This document shows, in pieces, positions 9,511 through 20,027 of a stretch of DNA of 64,000 nt. The position numbers were made by a program, and so were the translations under genes. Under the pieces are notes generated by a model, which ran no database searches, was not told where the DNA came from, and worked only from the letters and a program-made list of their open reading frames with translations. Position 1 is the first letter of the stretch. Each line of letters begins with the position of its first letter. Location: the NCBI GenBank assembly GCA_045657105.1, contig JAZOSN010000059.1, positions 196 through 64,195 on the forward strand, given 5' to 3'. Origin of the DNA: Eubacteriales bacterium. Its GTDB lineage: Bacteria > Bacillota > Clostridia > Oscillospirales > CAG-272.

Positions 9511-12500
9511 CGTCGTCTGCTCCTTTTTGAGCCTCGGAATTCTCACCGTTTTCGCCTTCGGTGCTCTCTTCCGAGCTTTCCTGCTTCTCAGGTGCAAGAT
9601 CTTCCTTGCTTTCTGCAATTGCAGGAGCGTTATCTTTTTTCTTTGTACCAAAGTAAAGCAGTGCAAATACTACTGCCGCCGCTGTCGCGAGTGCAAGAAG
9701 CACGCCGAGAACTGTGTAGATCACAGTTTCAGTCGAGATCTTATTTTCGGACGGGAGCGTAGGAGTGGGAAGATCTCCGCCTTCGACAGGAGGCTGATTT
9801 CCGCCCTGATTTGCGAGGTATTCAAGGTCGCTTATTCTCTTCTCTGCCTGAATGAGCTTCGTGTTATCAACGAGAGCCTGCTGTGCGAGAGTTGCGATCT
9901 TATCGTAAGCCTCTCTTGCCGCGATAACGAGCGCCTTATCCGAGAGAGCAACCTTTTCGGGAAGCTTGTTTATAGCCGCGATAGCCGCGATCGTAATATC
10001 GTCGGGTGCCGCCGCGCCTTCAAGCGTATTTCCGAAATACTGACCGTAAATAAACGTTGTGTAATACGTACCGTTGACAGGTCTGAGCATAACGACCTTA
10101 TCTTCGATATGTCCGATATAATCAACGAAGTTTGCTCCGTAGTAAACGTTGGTTGCATTATCGGTTGCGTTCCACATAAAGAAGTCAACGATTTCAAGTC
10201 CGGGATATTCGATGAGGTTTCCGTCGATATCACTGAACTGATATATACCGGTTGCAGGGAGATTCTGTCCGGACTGGAAGTAGATAGCGTCGTATTCCTC
10301 TTCGAGTATCGGTGCCTTGTACGAGGTGAATACCACGAGCGAGAGGTCATCGCACTCAAAGAACGCCTTATGTCCGATCGCGCTAAGCTCCTTGGGAAGC
10401 TCTACGCGGGTAATATCAGTGCCTGCAAACGCCATAGCGCTTATTCTTACCGTGTTATCTGCTACCTTAACAGTCTTACTATCTCCCGCATAGGAAACGA
10501 GTTCAAGACCGTTTGGTACTACTCTGTAAATAATTCCGTCTATTATCTTGATATTTTTGCTTATGTCGTAGGTATAAACGGTCTTTTCGTAATCCTTGCC
10601 GTTAAAGCTTTCCTTCTCGGTCGAGGAGAATATCGGAAGTCTGCACATCGCAAAGGGATTATCGCCCATAGATTCAAGGTTTTCTCCGAGAGTTACCTCG
10701 AAATCGGTCATTTTCTCTTTGATGAATGCAAGCTCGCCGATATACTTTGCGCCCGAAAGATCTGCCTTCGTTATGTCGGTATAAGCGAAGCTGTAATCGC
10801 CGACGTAGGTGACCTTATCGAGATTTACAAGCTCGCCAAGGACTGTGCAGTAGGAGAATGCACCCTCTGCGATCTCGATACTCTCTGCATTTTCCGCAAA
10901 GATTACCTTTCCAAGCTTTTCACTGTAAACAAATGCATACTCGCCGATCTTTTCTGCGCCCGAAAGGTCGATTTCGGTGAGTGCGGAGTTTGCAAAAGCG
11001 TTATCTCCGATCTCTTTAACTTTTCCGAGGTTGATCTCTTCGAGTTTAAGGCAGTTATCAAATGCGAGCGAGGAAATAGAGGTGACTTTATCACCGAGCT
11101 TTACAGAAACAAGCTCGTGGCAGTATTCGAATGCGCCCTCACCGATAAATTCAACCGAGGAAAGGTCGATATTTGCGAGATCGGTAGCAAAGAATCTGTA
11201 AACGTAGCCGTTTTCGTCGTAAAGCGGATCGGTAAACGAGCTATCTACGAAATCGTAGAGAACGTCGCCCGAGAATGCGCGGTCGCCTATGTACTTAACC
11301 TTGGAAAGGTCGATGTTTTTGAGGTTTGCCGCATTATAGAATGCCTCATCTCCGATGATCGCACCCTCACCGAGAGTAACGCTTTCGAGCTCGGCAGCGC
11401 CCATAAATGCGCCGTTTCCGAGAGTTACGTTATCTCCGATCGTGAGCGAGTGGAGAGCCGAGGTGTAAACGTAGTAGTAAACGAGCTTGCCGCTTTCCTT
11501 GTCGCGGTAGCTTTCGGATTTGTAGTTGGTTTCTCTGTCAAGTCTGAACGCGTAGTCGCCGAGGATAACGTTATCTCCGATAACTACCGAGATAATATCC
11601 TGACACTCGTAGAACGCGCCCTCGCCAACGGTAACACCGTCGGGAATAACGACGTGAAGAAGCTCAGATCCCGCAAACGCGTACTTTCCGATATGCGCGA
11701 TCTTCTCAAACGAGGGTGCCTCGGTTATCTGTACGTTGAAATAGGAGTATTCGCCTATCTTTTCGAGAGTTCCGAGAGTTACGTTTGTAAGACGCTGACA
11801 GTCTGCAAACGCGTAGTTACCTACCGAGGTAACGCCCGGAAGGATTATCGAGGTAAGGTTCTTGTTGCCCGAGAAGGCTCCGTTTGCAACCGAGGTGACG
11901 TTCGGGAGATCGGGAGCGAACACTCCGGAGATACCCGTTGCCACGAAAATTATCTCATTTCCTTCCTTATTAAGTATATAGGAGCTTCCTGCCTGATGAT
12001 AAAGAGTGGTATTACCCTCTGCCACAGTGATCTCGGTAAGCGCGGTATCGCGGAATGCATATTCACCGATTACCGCAACGTCCTTTCCGAAGGTTACGCT
12101 TCTCAGCGAGGAGCAACCGTGGAACGCTCCGGTCGGAATAACCGCCGCGTTGATCGATACAGATTTGAGCGAGGAGCAGTTTGCAAATGCGAATGCTCCG
12201 AGCTTGACCTTATCTGCCTTTACTGTGAGAGTTTCAAGCGACTTACAACCGGAGAATGCATACATACCGACCGACTGTGCCGCCTCGGAGATCACAACTC
12301 CTTCAAGCTTTGCATTGTTTGCAAATGCATAGTGTGTAAGAACTATCGCAGAATCGAGCGAGATCGTTCCTTCAAGTGCACAGTTTGCAAATGCATTCTG
12401 GTTGATGAACTTGACGTTCTCTATACCCTCGACGACTTGGAGTGACCTACAACCGTAGAACGCTCCGAGGTCTATCGTTTCGATGGTCGAAGGAAGAACG

Positions 12501-15500
12501 ACCTTTTTAAGTGCGGTGAGATTTGCGAAAGCATACGAGCCGATGGTCTTGACTCCCTCGGGAATTATGACCTCTTCAACCGTGTTTTCACCGATAAACC
12601 ACATCTTGGTAGCGTCCGGCTCCTCCTCGGTTATATCGGCGGGATCCTTCGGGATATATTCGAAGTTCGAGAATGCGAACTGTCCGATCTCGGTAAGTGC
12701 GAGATCCTTGGGAATGTCAACGCGTCCGCCAAGACCGAAGTAGTGAGTCAGCGAAGGACCTGTGGTTATGTAAGGATCCTTGATCTCAATGCTTATCGTC
12801 TTGGAGTAATAGGTGCTCTTGCCGTCCATCATAACGCGGGCGGTGACCGAAGCAAAACCTTCGGCAACTGCCGTGATCTTTCCGCTTTGATCTACCTTAA
12901 CGAGATTTTCGTTACTCGATTCAAAGACAACCTCGGTCGCATCGGGGAAATAAGCGTCGAGCTTATATCTTATTGTTACCGCCTCGGACGGGAACATCGA
13001 AAGCGAGTAGGAGTTCTGCGACGGGAATTTCATTTCATTTCCCGTTTCACCAATATCTCTGTCCTCGGAGGCCACGAAATAATATGCTTTTTCCGTACGG
13101 TATCCCGTAAGATAGAAGTTATCGGTAACAGGCTTATCGTAGCGTCTGTATCCGTCCTCGTTTTCACCGAGAACCTTGACGGTCATTCGTGCTATCTTAT
13201 TCGTCGTCTTATCCTGTGCGCTTATAAGAGCAACGCCGGACTTAACTGCAACTATCTTGTTGTTAACAACGCGAACTACATTGTTATTGGAAGAAGTGTA
13301 TTCGAGAAGCTCGGGCCACTCGGTTCCGGGATAGGTCTTGGGAGAAAGAGTATAAACCTCGTTGGGACTGAGAGTAAGCGCATACTGTCCTTCCTTGCTT
13401 ACCTCTTCCTCAAAGTAGAAGTCAACGAAATCATCGGGAAGCGAGATCTCGTAGGTCGCAAGGTTGAGCGCGTAGTCGTAAACCGCCACCGTGAAGCAGT
13501 TTCTCGTGGTAGACTTCGTTCTTATATCGTCAACGTAGTCTGTAAGTTCGTAAATAACCTCGCTCGTAGAGTTGACCGACGAATATATCGGAGTCATATA
13601 CTGGTCGAAGTTGTAGAGCATCGGCTCGTCCTGATCGTCATCGACGTATCCGGGCTGCATAGCCATAGAATAGTGGTTATCAAAGATCGAAAGACGAGCG
13701 TAAAGTCTGGTCTTTTTAGCCGACTTATCATACTCTGTATAGTAATCAACGTCGGTGATTGCGGGAGCCTCGAAGTCGGTAACGAGCGGGAACTCAAATA
13801 CGTTGGAGTCGTTGGTTTCTGCTCCGCCGTCGCCGTAGTCGAGGTAAGCTTTAAGCGTTACCGTGTATTCGGTATTGTTTTTGAGGTTTGCATCTATCGC
13901 ACTGAACTCTATCTTGACGTTTGCGGGATAGATCGATCCGCCGTCGCCGTAGGATTTACGGACGTCCTCCTCGACCTTGGTGAACACAACCTCTCCGGTC
14001 GAATCCTCGACTATCGATATTTCAATAGTCGCGGCGTTTCTGAGAAGTCCTGCCCATACGAATCTGAGCGAGTTTATCGTATCTGTCTGATTTGAGAGTG
14101 CTATGTACTTTCTGTCTGCCGCGATAAGTCTGGACGAGGGATTCTGAATGAAGTAGTAGGATCCGAGGTAGCTTACGTAGTCGTCAGAAATTCCGCCGAT
14201 AGGACGTGTCGCGTATGCATCGGGAAGAGTTTTGTCTTCAAGGTCGATCGAGTCGTCGATCTCGTCCTTGTTGGTTTCAAAATAATCAAGGTCGAATATG
14301 GGAGCCTCGGTCCAGTCGCCGTAGAAAGCAAGGTAAGGAACGCTAAGGTCGATCTCGGTACCCGAAAGAGCGTCCAGAACGACGAATCCTTCGACGTACA
14401 TACCGTTTTCGAACGAGTCGTCCATATATTTCTTATCCGCGTCACTGAGAGTGATGGTTACGGTAACGTCCGCAACCTCTCCTGCACCGACGGTCACCTT
14501 GCTTTGGTCGAGAGTTCCGTTCTTAACCGAAGTAACAACGACCTTTGCTCCGTCAAGGATATATCCCTGCTCGGTAACGGTTGTTTCACCGTCGTTTGTC
14601 TTGGTTTCACTGACGCCCTCGGTCATAACGTATGCCGAAACGTCGTATGTAAGAGCACTGCTTCCAAAGTTGTTTATCGAGAATTTAAGGGTGTAAACAC
14701 CGGTCTTGCTCGGATCGTCGCCAAGCTCGATCTTCGACTTATCCATTACAGAGCCGTCAATACGATCGTAGGTTACGATATAAGCAGGAGTTGCGGCAGA
14801 GCTCGTAAGGTTTGCAAGACCTGCGCCCTGCTTTCTTACCGAGTAAGGAAGTCCGTTTACGTTATATATAATGTCCGCAGTGGACATCATAAGTCTGTTT
14901 ACAAGAGCCGTGACCTCAACGGGATTGTTTCTGAGCTCAGGGAATGCGCTAAGCACGTACTGGCGCATAAGAGCGGTAACGCCCGACATATTGGGAGTTG
15001 CCATCGAGGTTCCCGAAAGACGGTCGTACGACTGACCGGGAACTGCCGAGAGTATCGAGCCGCCGTGTGCGGTGATCTCGGGCTTGAGTTCGAGGTCGGG
15101 AGTAGGTCCCCACGAGGAGAAGTCGGACATGAAGGGACCCGAGGCCTGCGAGCGACTGATCTTGATAACACCGCTCTTAGATGCCGCGAGCAGCTCACCG
15201 TCGTCCTGACGGATAGAGCAGACAGGGATCGTCGTGTCACCGACATTCATCTTGATTTCACCCGAAACGTTATTGTAAATAATAACGCCTGCCGCACCCT
15301 TTTGCTGAGCGACGTTTGCTTTTTCCTCAAAGGTGGTAGATCCGCGTCGAACGAGCGCGATCTTGCCCTTTACGTCTATTCCGGTATAGTCGGCAGAGCG
15401 TCCTGCGCCCGGAATAGTAACGTATTCGATTTCAAGCGAGTCCTTACCGTCTGCAAATATCTCGTCAAAGAAGTTCTTTTCTTCCTGAACTCTGTCGGTA

Positions 15501-16837
15501 GACTCGGTGAAGTAGATTATAGTGTTGTTGTAGAGAAGGTAGGGAGTCTTAACGCCGCTTATCGAAGCTACCGAAAGAGCACCCTTGTAGGTCGAAGGAG
15601 AGCCTACCGTTGCACTGTCGGGATTGGAGGTAAGCGGGAGGTTTCCGTTTTTCTCCGATCCGTAGGTCGAGTTGAAGCTATTGGACGCCGCAACCACCAT
15701 ACTGATACCTGCCGCACGAATTCTGTCGTAAACGCCCGAGATCTGTTCCTTGTCCATCTCACGGCTGAATCCGCAGCTCGTACCTATCGACATATTGATA
15801 ACGTCAACGCCGAGAACGACACAGTCTTCAAGTGCACTGAGTATCCAAGAGGTTCTTGCAGACGATTCCGTGTCCGAGAATATCTTCATTTCAACGAGCT
15901 GTGCTCCGGGAGCAACGCCCGTGATGGTATCGTCGTGTCCTGCAATAACTCCCGAAACGTGAGTTCCGTGGTCGTTCGCCGAAGGAGTCATCGGGTAAAC
16001 GTCCGAATCGTAGTCTGCATAGTCAAATCCGAAAGGAACCTTGTCACTGATATAAACGTCGGAAGCGGTAAGTCCGCTCTGTTGCTTTGATGCAACAGTA
16101 TCACCGATAAGCGCGGCAACCTCTTCGAAGGTGAGTCCGAGCTTGTTTCTGTCGGTTTTGAAGTTAGAGTCAAGGAAAGCAGAGTGATAGTAGTCAAGTC
16201 CTGTATCGAGAACCGCGATTACCATTCCCTCTCCGTTGTATGCGAAATCAGAGCTATCGAATATACCGGTTTCGTATACGTCGACCTTGTTTTCAACGAG
16301 CTTGGTTTCGGCAGTCTTGTAAACGTCGCCCACGATAACGTTGGCGCGGTTTCCGAAGGTCGTGCAGACCTTGGCGAAATCTCCTGCCTTAATAGTTATT
16401 TCAAAGCCGCTTATAACGGTCGAGTAGTCGGCACCGATGCCGTAACTCAGCTTGCCCTCGTCGAGCATAGCGAGAAGCTCTGCCTTTTCCGAGAGAATAT
16501 CTGCTTTAAGCTTTGCCGCATCTTCGGTGAGAGAAAATTCGGATATAGACATATCCGTATCCTTCTTCTCGTAAGCGTCAAGCAGTGACGTCTTGTCAAG
16601 CTGTACTATAAGTGATATTTCATCGGTATCTCTGACTCCCGCGGGGAGCTGATAGATTACCGACGTATTAAAATAGTCCTTGAAATTTGTGTTTATGTCC
16701 CCGCCCAGAAGCTGTATCAGCGATTTTTGTGCAGATACACTGAGAGGAGCCACAAGCGTTGAGATGAGAAGAGCGAGTACCGTAAGGAGCACGAGTGCGC
16801 CCGATACTACTCTTGTCCAGAGTGTTTTGCGTGCCAT
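9500..16837 (-). CDS. Giant cell-envelope subtilisin (peptidase S8) with PA insert, Ig-like domains, BspA-type leucine-rich-repeat array and C-terminal TM anchor (2445 aa)
   Basis: Signal peptide. Catalytic triad motifs VIAVLDTGLD (Asp211), NDHGTHVSG (His293), LSGTSMATPNMSG (Ser611). PA-like insert around aa 430-560 (KGKIALVRRGSTTFEEKANVAQQKGAAGVIIYNN). About 30 repeats of xIGxxAFxxCxxLxxVxL over aa 1380-2170 (nt about 10330-12700). TM helix at aa 2370-2396 followed by an acidic tail. Confidence 0.9.
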   Translation of the reverse strand: MARKTLWTRVVSGALVLLTVLALLISTLVAPLSVSAQKSLIQLLGGDINTNFKDYFNTSVIYQLPAGVRDTDEISLIVQLDKTSLLDAYEKKDTDMSISEFSLTEDAAKLKADILSEKAELLAMLDEGKLSYGIGADYSTVISGFEITIKAGDFAKVCTTFGNRANVIVGDVYKTAETKLVENKVDVYETGIFDSSDFAYNGEGMVIAVLDTGLDYYHSAFLDSNFKTDRNKLGLTFEEVAALIGDTVASKQQSGLTASDVYISDKVPFGFDYADYDSDVYPMTPSANDHGTHVSGVIAGHDDTITGVAPGAQLVEMKIFSDTESSARTSWILSALEDCVVLGVDVINMSIGTSCGFSREMDKEQISGVYDRIRAAGISMVVAASNSFNSTYGSEKNGNLPLTSNPDSATVGSPSTYKGALSVASISGVKTPYLLYNNTIIYFTESTDRVQEEKNFFDEIFADGKDSLEIEYVTIPGAGRSADYTGIDVKGKIALVRRGSTTFEEKANVAQQKGAAGVIIYNNVSGEIKMNVGDTTIPVCSIRQDDGELLAASKSGVIKISRSQASGPFMSDFSSWGPTPDLELKPEITAHGGSILSAVPGQSYDRLSGTSMATPNMSGVTALMRQYVLSAFPELRNNPVEVTALVNRLMMSTADIIYNVNGLPYSVRKQGAGLANLTSSAATPAYIVTYDRIDGSVMDKSKIELGDDPSKTGVYTLKFSINNFGSSALTYDVSAYVMTEGVSETKTNDGETTVTEQGYILDGAKVVVTSVKNGTLDQSKVTVGAGEVADVTVTITLSDADKKYMDDSFENGMYVEGFVVLDALSGTEIDLSVPYLAFYGDWTEAPIFDLDYFETNKDEIDDSIDLEDKTLPDAYATRPIGGISDDYVSYLGSYYFIQNPSSRLIAADRKYIALSNQTDTINSLRFVWAGLLRNAATIEISIVEDSTGEVVFTKVEEDVRKSYGDGGSIYPANVKIEFSAIDANLKNNTEYTVTLKAYLDYGDGGAETNDSNVFEFPLVTDFEAPAITDVDYYTEYDKSAKKTRLYARLSIFDNHYSMAMQPGYVDDDQDEPMLYNFDQYMTPIYSSVNSTSEVIYELTDYVDDIRTKSTTRNCFTVAVYDYALNLATYEISLPDDFVDFYFEEEVSKEGQYALTLSPNEVYTLSPKTYPGTEWPELLEYTSSNNNVVRVVNNKIVAVKSGVALISAQDKTTNKIARMTVKVLGENEDGYRRYDKPVTDNFYLTGYRTEKAYYFVASEDRDIGETGNEMKFPSQNSYSLSMFPSEAVTIRYKLDAYFPDATEVVFESSNENLVKVDQSGKITAVAEGFASVTARVMMDGKSTYYSKTISIEIKDPYITTGPSLTHYFGLGGRVDIPKDLALTEIGQFAFSNFEYIPKDPADITEEEPDATKMWFIGENTVEEVIIPEGVKTIGSYAFANLTALKKVVLPSTIETIDLGAFYGCRSLQVVEGIENVKFINQNAFANCALEGTISLDSAIVLTHYAFANNAKLEGVVISEAAQSVGMYAFSGCKSLETLTVKADKVKLGAFAFANCSSLKSVSINAAVIPTGAFHGCSSLRSVTFGKDVAVIGEYAFRDTALTEITVAEGNTTLYHQAGSSYILNKEGNEIIFVATGISGVFAPDLPNVTSVANGAFSGNKNLTSIILPGVTSVGNYAFADCQRLTNVTLGTLEKIGEYSYFNVQITEAPSFEKIAHIGKYAFAGSELLHVVIPDGVTVGEGAFYECQDIISVVIGDNVILGDYAFRLDRETNYKSESYRDKESGKLVYYYVYTSALHSLTIGDNVTLGNGAFMGAAELESVTLGEGAIIGDEAFYNAANLKNIDLSKVKYIGDRAFSGDVLYDFVDSSFTDPLYDENGYVYRFFATDLANIDLSSVEFIGEGAFEYCHELVSVKLGDKVTSISSLAFDNCLKLEEINLGKVKEIGDNAFANSALTEIDLSGAEKIGEYAFVYSEKLGKVIFAENAESIEIAEGAFSYCTVLGELVNLDKVTYVGDYSFAYTDITKADLSGAKYIGELAFIKEKMTDFEVTLGENLESMGDNPFAMCRLPIFSSTEKESFNGKDYEKTVYTYDISKNIKIIDGIIYRVVPNGLELVSYAGDSKTVKVADNTVRISAMAFAGTDITRVELPKELSAIGHKAFFECDDLSLVVFTSYKAPILEEEYDAIYFQSGQNLPATGIYQFSDIDGNLIEYPGLEIVDFFMWNATDNATNVYYGANFVDYIGHIEDKVVMLRPVNGTYYTTFIYGQYFGNTLEGAAAPDDITIAAIAAINKLPEKVALSDKALVIAAREAYDKIATLAQQALVDNTKLIQAEKRISDLEYLANQGGNQPPVEGGDLPTPTLPSENKISTETVIYTVLGVLLALATAAAVVFALLYFGTKKKDNAPAIAESKEDLAPEKQESSEESTEGENGENSEAQKGADDDEK

Positions 16838-16931
16838 TTTAGTTTCCTTTCGATCTATATACTTTTATTTATATACCTTATTTTTCACTTTCACGCTTTC
16901 GTGTGTAAAAGTAAATATGCATAACCATTCT

Positions 16932-16960
16932 ATTTTAACACACCTCACGTTTTTTTGCAA
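16932..16960 (-). promoter_or_regulatory. Promoter candidate for the protease-opp operon
   Basis: Minus strand: TTGCAA (16960-16955), 17-nt spacer, TG-n-TAAAAT (-10 at 16937-16932), about 95 nt upstream of ATG 16837. Confidence 0.35.
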
Positions 16961-17012
16961 GTCTTTTTTTAGAAAAACTACAATATTATAAATTAAATAT
17001 TTGTGAATTCTA

Positions 17013-17041
17013 TTGATTTTCACAAAATATTGTGGTATTAT
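17013..17041 (+). promoter_or_regulatory. Promoter candidate for the lipoprotein operon
   Basis: TTGATT (17013-17018), 17-nt spacer, TGgTATTAT (extended -10; -10 at 17036-17041). Flanked and overlapped by the inverted repeat TTGTGAA...TTCACAA (17001-17027). Confidence 0.4.
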
Positions 17042-17127
17042 TATTCTGGTTATTTACTTCTATGCCCCGGAAAAGCTACTGATTTTCCTGCGGCAAGCGT
17101 AAAAATATATTTATAGGAGAAACAAAT

Positions 17128-20004
17128 ATGAAGAAAACCACAACGGTACGCGCTATACTCGCGTTACTGCTGCTTGCTTCGATGCTCTTCTCGATGCTCT
17201 GCGCGTGCACGGGCGGCTCGGACAACAATGATGATAACGGATCGGGTGATCCCTCGACAAATCCGGACACACCTTCTCAGGGAGAAGGTCCCGACGATCC
17301 CGACGGCGGAGAGCCGACTGTCAAGGTCGAATACTCGATAAAGGTTCTCTCGGCAGGCGGACTTGCTCTTGATAAAGTAAAGGTTTACGTTTATGCAGAC
17401 GATACGCTTGACGACCTTGAAGGCTTTGCCGAAACAAACGCGGACGGCGTAGCTACGATGAAGCTTCCGAAAAAGTCGGCGTACAGCGCGGTGCTCACCG
17501 GCGTTCCCGAAGGATATGACGTTGCAAAATCTTACGCTATTACCGGCACGTTCACCTCTATCACGCTCACCTCTGCGGTAATAAAGAGCGAGAGCCTCGC
17601 AGGAGTCAGCTACGAGCTCGGCTCGGTAATGCACGATTTCAGCGTTATCACAAGAGATGGCGAAAACGTCCGTCTTTCCGAGCTTCTCAAAGAAAAGAAG
17701 GCAGTAATGCTCAATTTCTGGTTCACGACTTGTACGTGGTGCTTAAAAGAATTCCCCTATATGGCATCGGCATACGAGAAGTTCAAGGACGATATTGAAA
17801 TACTCGCTATGAACCACACCGACACCGAGGACGACATCGACATGTTTGAGGCTATGTACGGACTCGATCCGCTTCCTTTCCCCAAGGTTAGGGACTACAC
17901 TCAACTGAAAAGCGCATTCAGTATAGGCAACTACCCCACATCTGTAATAATCGACCGTTACGGCGTAATTTGCCTTATCGAGGTCGGCGGCGTCCCCTCT
18001 GCGGAGCCCTTTGAAAAAGCCTTTGAATATTTCTCGGCAGACAACTACACTCAGAAGCTCTTTGCGAACATTTCCGAGCTCACTCCGATAGAAAAACCTA
18101 CCGTTGATATGCCCTCCTCCGATGAGATCGGCGGAGTATTCAACAAGGGCGAGATCGAGGTTACCTACCGTCCCGAAACCGAAGAGGGCGCGTCCGAATC
18201 CGCTTGGCCCTTCGTGATCGGCGAAAAGAACGGCGTTTCCTGCATTATGAGCTCAAACGCCGGCAAATCCTCGACTTTTGCTATTATGTATGCAGACGTT
18301 ACTCTCAAAAAGGGACAGGCGCTTGCATTTGACTACATTTCTTCGTCCGAGCGCGGCGCAGACGCTCTCGTCATTATCGTTGACGGCGAGGACATTTATC
18401 AGATCTCGGGCGTCGGTGAAAACTGGTCTACCTGTTATCCCTACGTTGCAACCGAGGACGGTACTTACGAGGTAGCCTTCGTTTATATGAAGGACTCGAC
18501 CACAAACGAAGGAGATGACAGAGTATATCTCAAAGATCTCCGCGTAGTTTCCGAGGCAGACGTTGACTCTCCTACTTATATTCCGAGAAACGCGGCAACC
18601 AATCCCGATGAATTCGGCTTCTCATACCAGGATTACGTAACTCCCGTTTTCAACGAAAAAGACGGCTACTACCACGTAAACGACAAAAACGGTCCCCTGC
18701 TTATTGCAAACCTTATGGGTTACACGAATTTCAGCGACTCCACAATATACAATCTTGTCTGCGATCCTACCAGTCCGGCTTACCAGTACTACGATGAAAT
18801 TCTTCCTTATTTCAGCTATGCATCAAATTCCGAGTTTAACGGCTTCTGTACCGTAAACGCCGAGCTTCGTGATATACTCGAAAGCATCGCAAACGTCGCA
18901 GGGCTCGAGCCTGAGAACCCAAATCAGTGGCTTAAGATGTGCGTTTACTACGATGCATACGGCACAAACGGAGCTCAGCTCGTTGACCCAATACGCGGTC
19001 TTGCTCCCTTCTCGGCATTCGAGGCAAAGGAAGGCAAGGACAACAGTGTAACCTACAACCGTGTTATTATGCCTCGCGGTCTGCTCTACAAATTCGTTCC
19101 TACGAGATCGGGCGCATACCGCATTACCTCTGACAGTGATTACGAGGTAAACGCTTGGATATTCCTTGAAGAGAATATCGCCGAGAACAAACCTTTCTAC
19201 ACCTATAACGGCGGCGAAAGAATGTATAACGATAGCATCAACTGCTCTATGGTAATGTATATGGAAGCGGGCAAAGCGTACTACATCGACATCGCTTACT
19301 ACGACGTATATCAGGAAGGCACCTTCACATTCGAGATTAAATATCTCGCTCCTACGACCGAGATATTCACCATCGCATCTCCAGGATTCTTCACCTACTA
19401 CGAAAATGAAAATACCGAGTCTGTAAACGAGATCATCGCAGGCGGTATCGATGTCGTTCTCGGAAGCGACGGATACTACCACGAAAAGCGTGCAGACGGA
19501 TCTCTCGGATCTGTCGTTTATGCAGATTTCGTCGGATCTACCGGAATTTTCAACAAATCCCTTACTCAGATGATAGCTCTCGGATCGTTCAATTTCGCGA
19601 TGACCGAGGGAGATCAGTACATTCTCACCTATATCGCACAGTTCTACAAGGATCTCGGCATTGATGCAGACGCTCGCCCCGCAGATCACAGAGAAGCTCT
19701 TATCACAAAGTTCAAGGAGCTTTGGGGTGACAGCTACACAGAGTACGCTTCCATCTATGAGATCGAGGACGTTATCGCAGGAATCTATCACGGCGAGGGC
19801 GAGGATCTCACCGCGCTTGCACAGAAATATGCAAATGATGCAAGCAAGGTAAATTCTCCCGCAGAGCGCGTTGGTTGCGTTGCAGTAAACGAGGAGCTCG
19901 CAGAACTCCTTCAAATCCTTATGGACAAATACACCTTCGAGGGTGTTGATACCTCTTGGAGAAAGCTCTGCTACTACTACCAGTATTTTGGACCTCAGGC
20001 GTAA
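17128..20004 (+). CDS. Multidomain lipoprotein with embedded TlpA/ResA-like thioredoxin-fold domain (958 aa)
   Basis: Signal peptide plus lipobox (FSMLCAC). Ig/CarboxypepD_reg-like domain (YSIKVLSAGGLALDKVKVYVYADD). Thioredoxin-like motif NFWFTTCTWCLKEFP (CTWC at 17731-17742). Jelly-roll-like domain. Two copies of a DGYYH...W-x-K-x-C-x-Y-Y module. Confidence 0.8.
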   Translation: MKKTTTVRAILALLLLASMLFSMLCACTGGSDNNDDNGSGDPSTNPDTPSQGEGPDDPDGGEPTVKVEYSIKVLSAGGLALDKVKVYVYADDTLDDLEGFAETNADGVATMKLPKKSAYSAVLTGVPEGYDVAKSYAITGTFTSITLTSAVIKSESLAGVSYELGSVMHDFSVITRDGENVRLSELLKEKKAVMLNFWFTTCTWCLKEFPYMASAYEKFKDDIEILAMNHTDTEDDIDMFEAMYGLDPLPFPKVRDYTQLKSAFSIGNYPTSVIIDRYGVICLIEVGGVPSAEPFEKAFEYFSADNYTQKLFANISELTPIEKPTVDMPSSDEIGGVFNKGEIEVTYRPETEEGASESAWPFVIGEKNGVSCIMSSNAGKSSTFAIMYADVTLKKGQALAFDYISSSERGADALVIIVDGEDIYQISGVGENWSTCYPYVATEDGTYEVAFVYMKDSTTNEGDDRVYLKDLRVVSEADVDSPTYIPRNAATNPDEFGFSYQDYVTPVFNEKDGYYHVNDKNGPLLIANLMGYTNFSDSTIYNLVCDPTSPAYQYYDEILPYFSYASNSEFNGFCTVNAELRDILESIANVAGLEPENPNQWLKMCVYYDAYGTNGAQLVDPIRGLAPFSAFEAKEGKDNSVTYNRVIMPRGLLYKFVPTRSGAYRITSDSDYEVNAWIFLEENIAENKPFYTYNGGERMYNDSINCSMVMYMEAGKAYYIDIAYYDVYQEGTFTFEIKYLAPTTEIFTIASPGFFTYYENENTESVNEIIAGGIDVVLGSDGYYHEKRADGSLGSVVYADFVGSTGIFNKSLTQMIALGSFNFAMTEGDQYILTYIAQFYKDLGIDADARPADHREALITKFKELWGDSYTEYASIYEIEDVIAGIYHGEGEDLTALAQKYANDASKVNSPAERVGCVAVNEELAELLQILMDKYTFEGVDTSWRKLCYYYQYFGPQA

Positions 20005-20027
20005 AACTAAAATGAGGATACAGTACA

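Noticed and set aside
5532-16090. Series of long plus-strand ORFs (871, 984, 450 and 528 aa) opposite oppA and the S8 protease
   Set aside because: This is the same codon-aligned antisense artefact. The sense strand carries lipobox, SBP, catalytic-triad and LRR motifs, whereas the antisense products have none.
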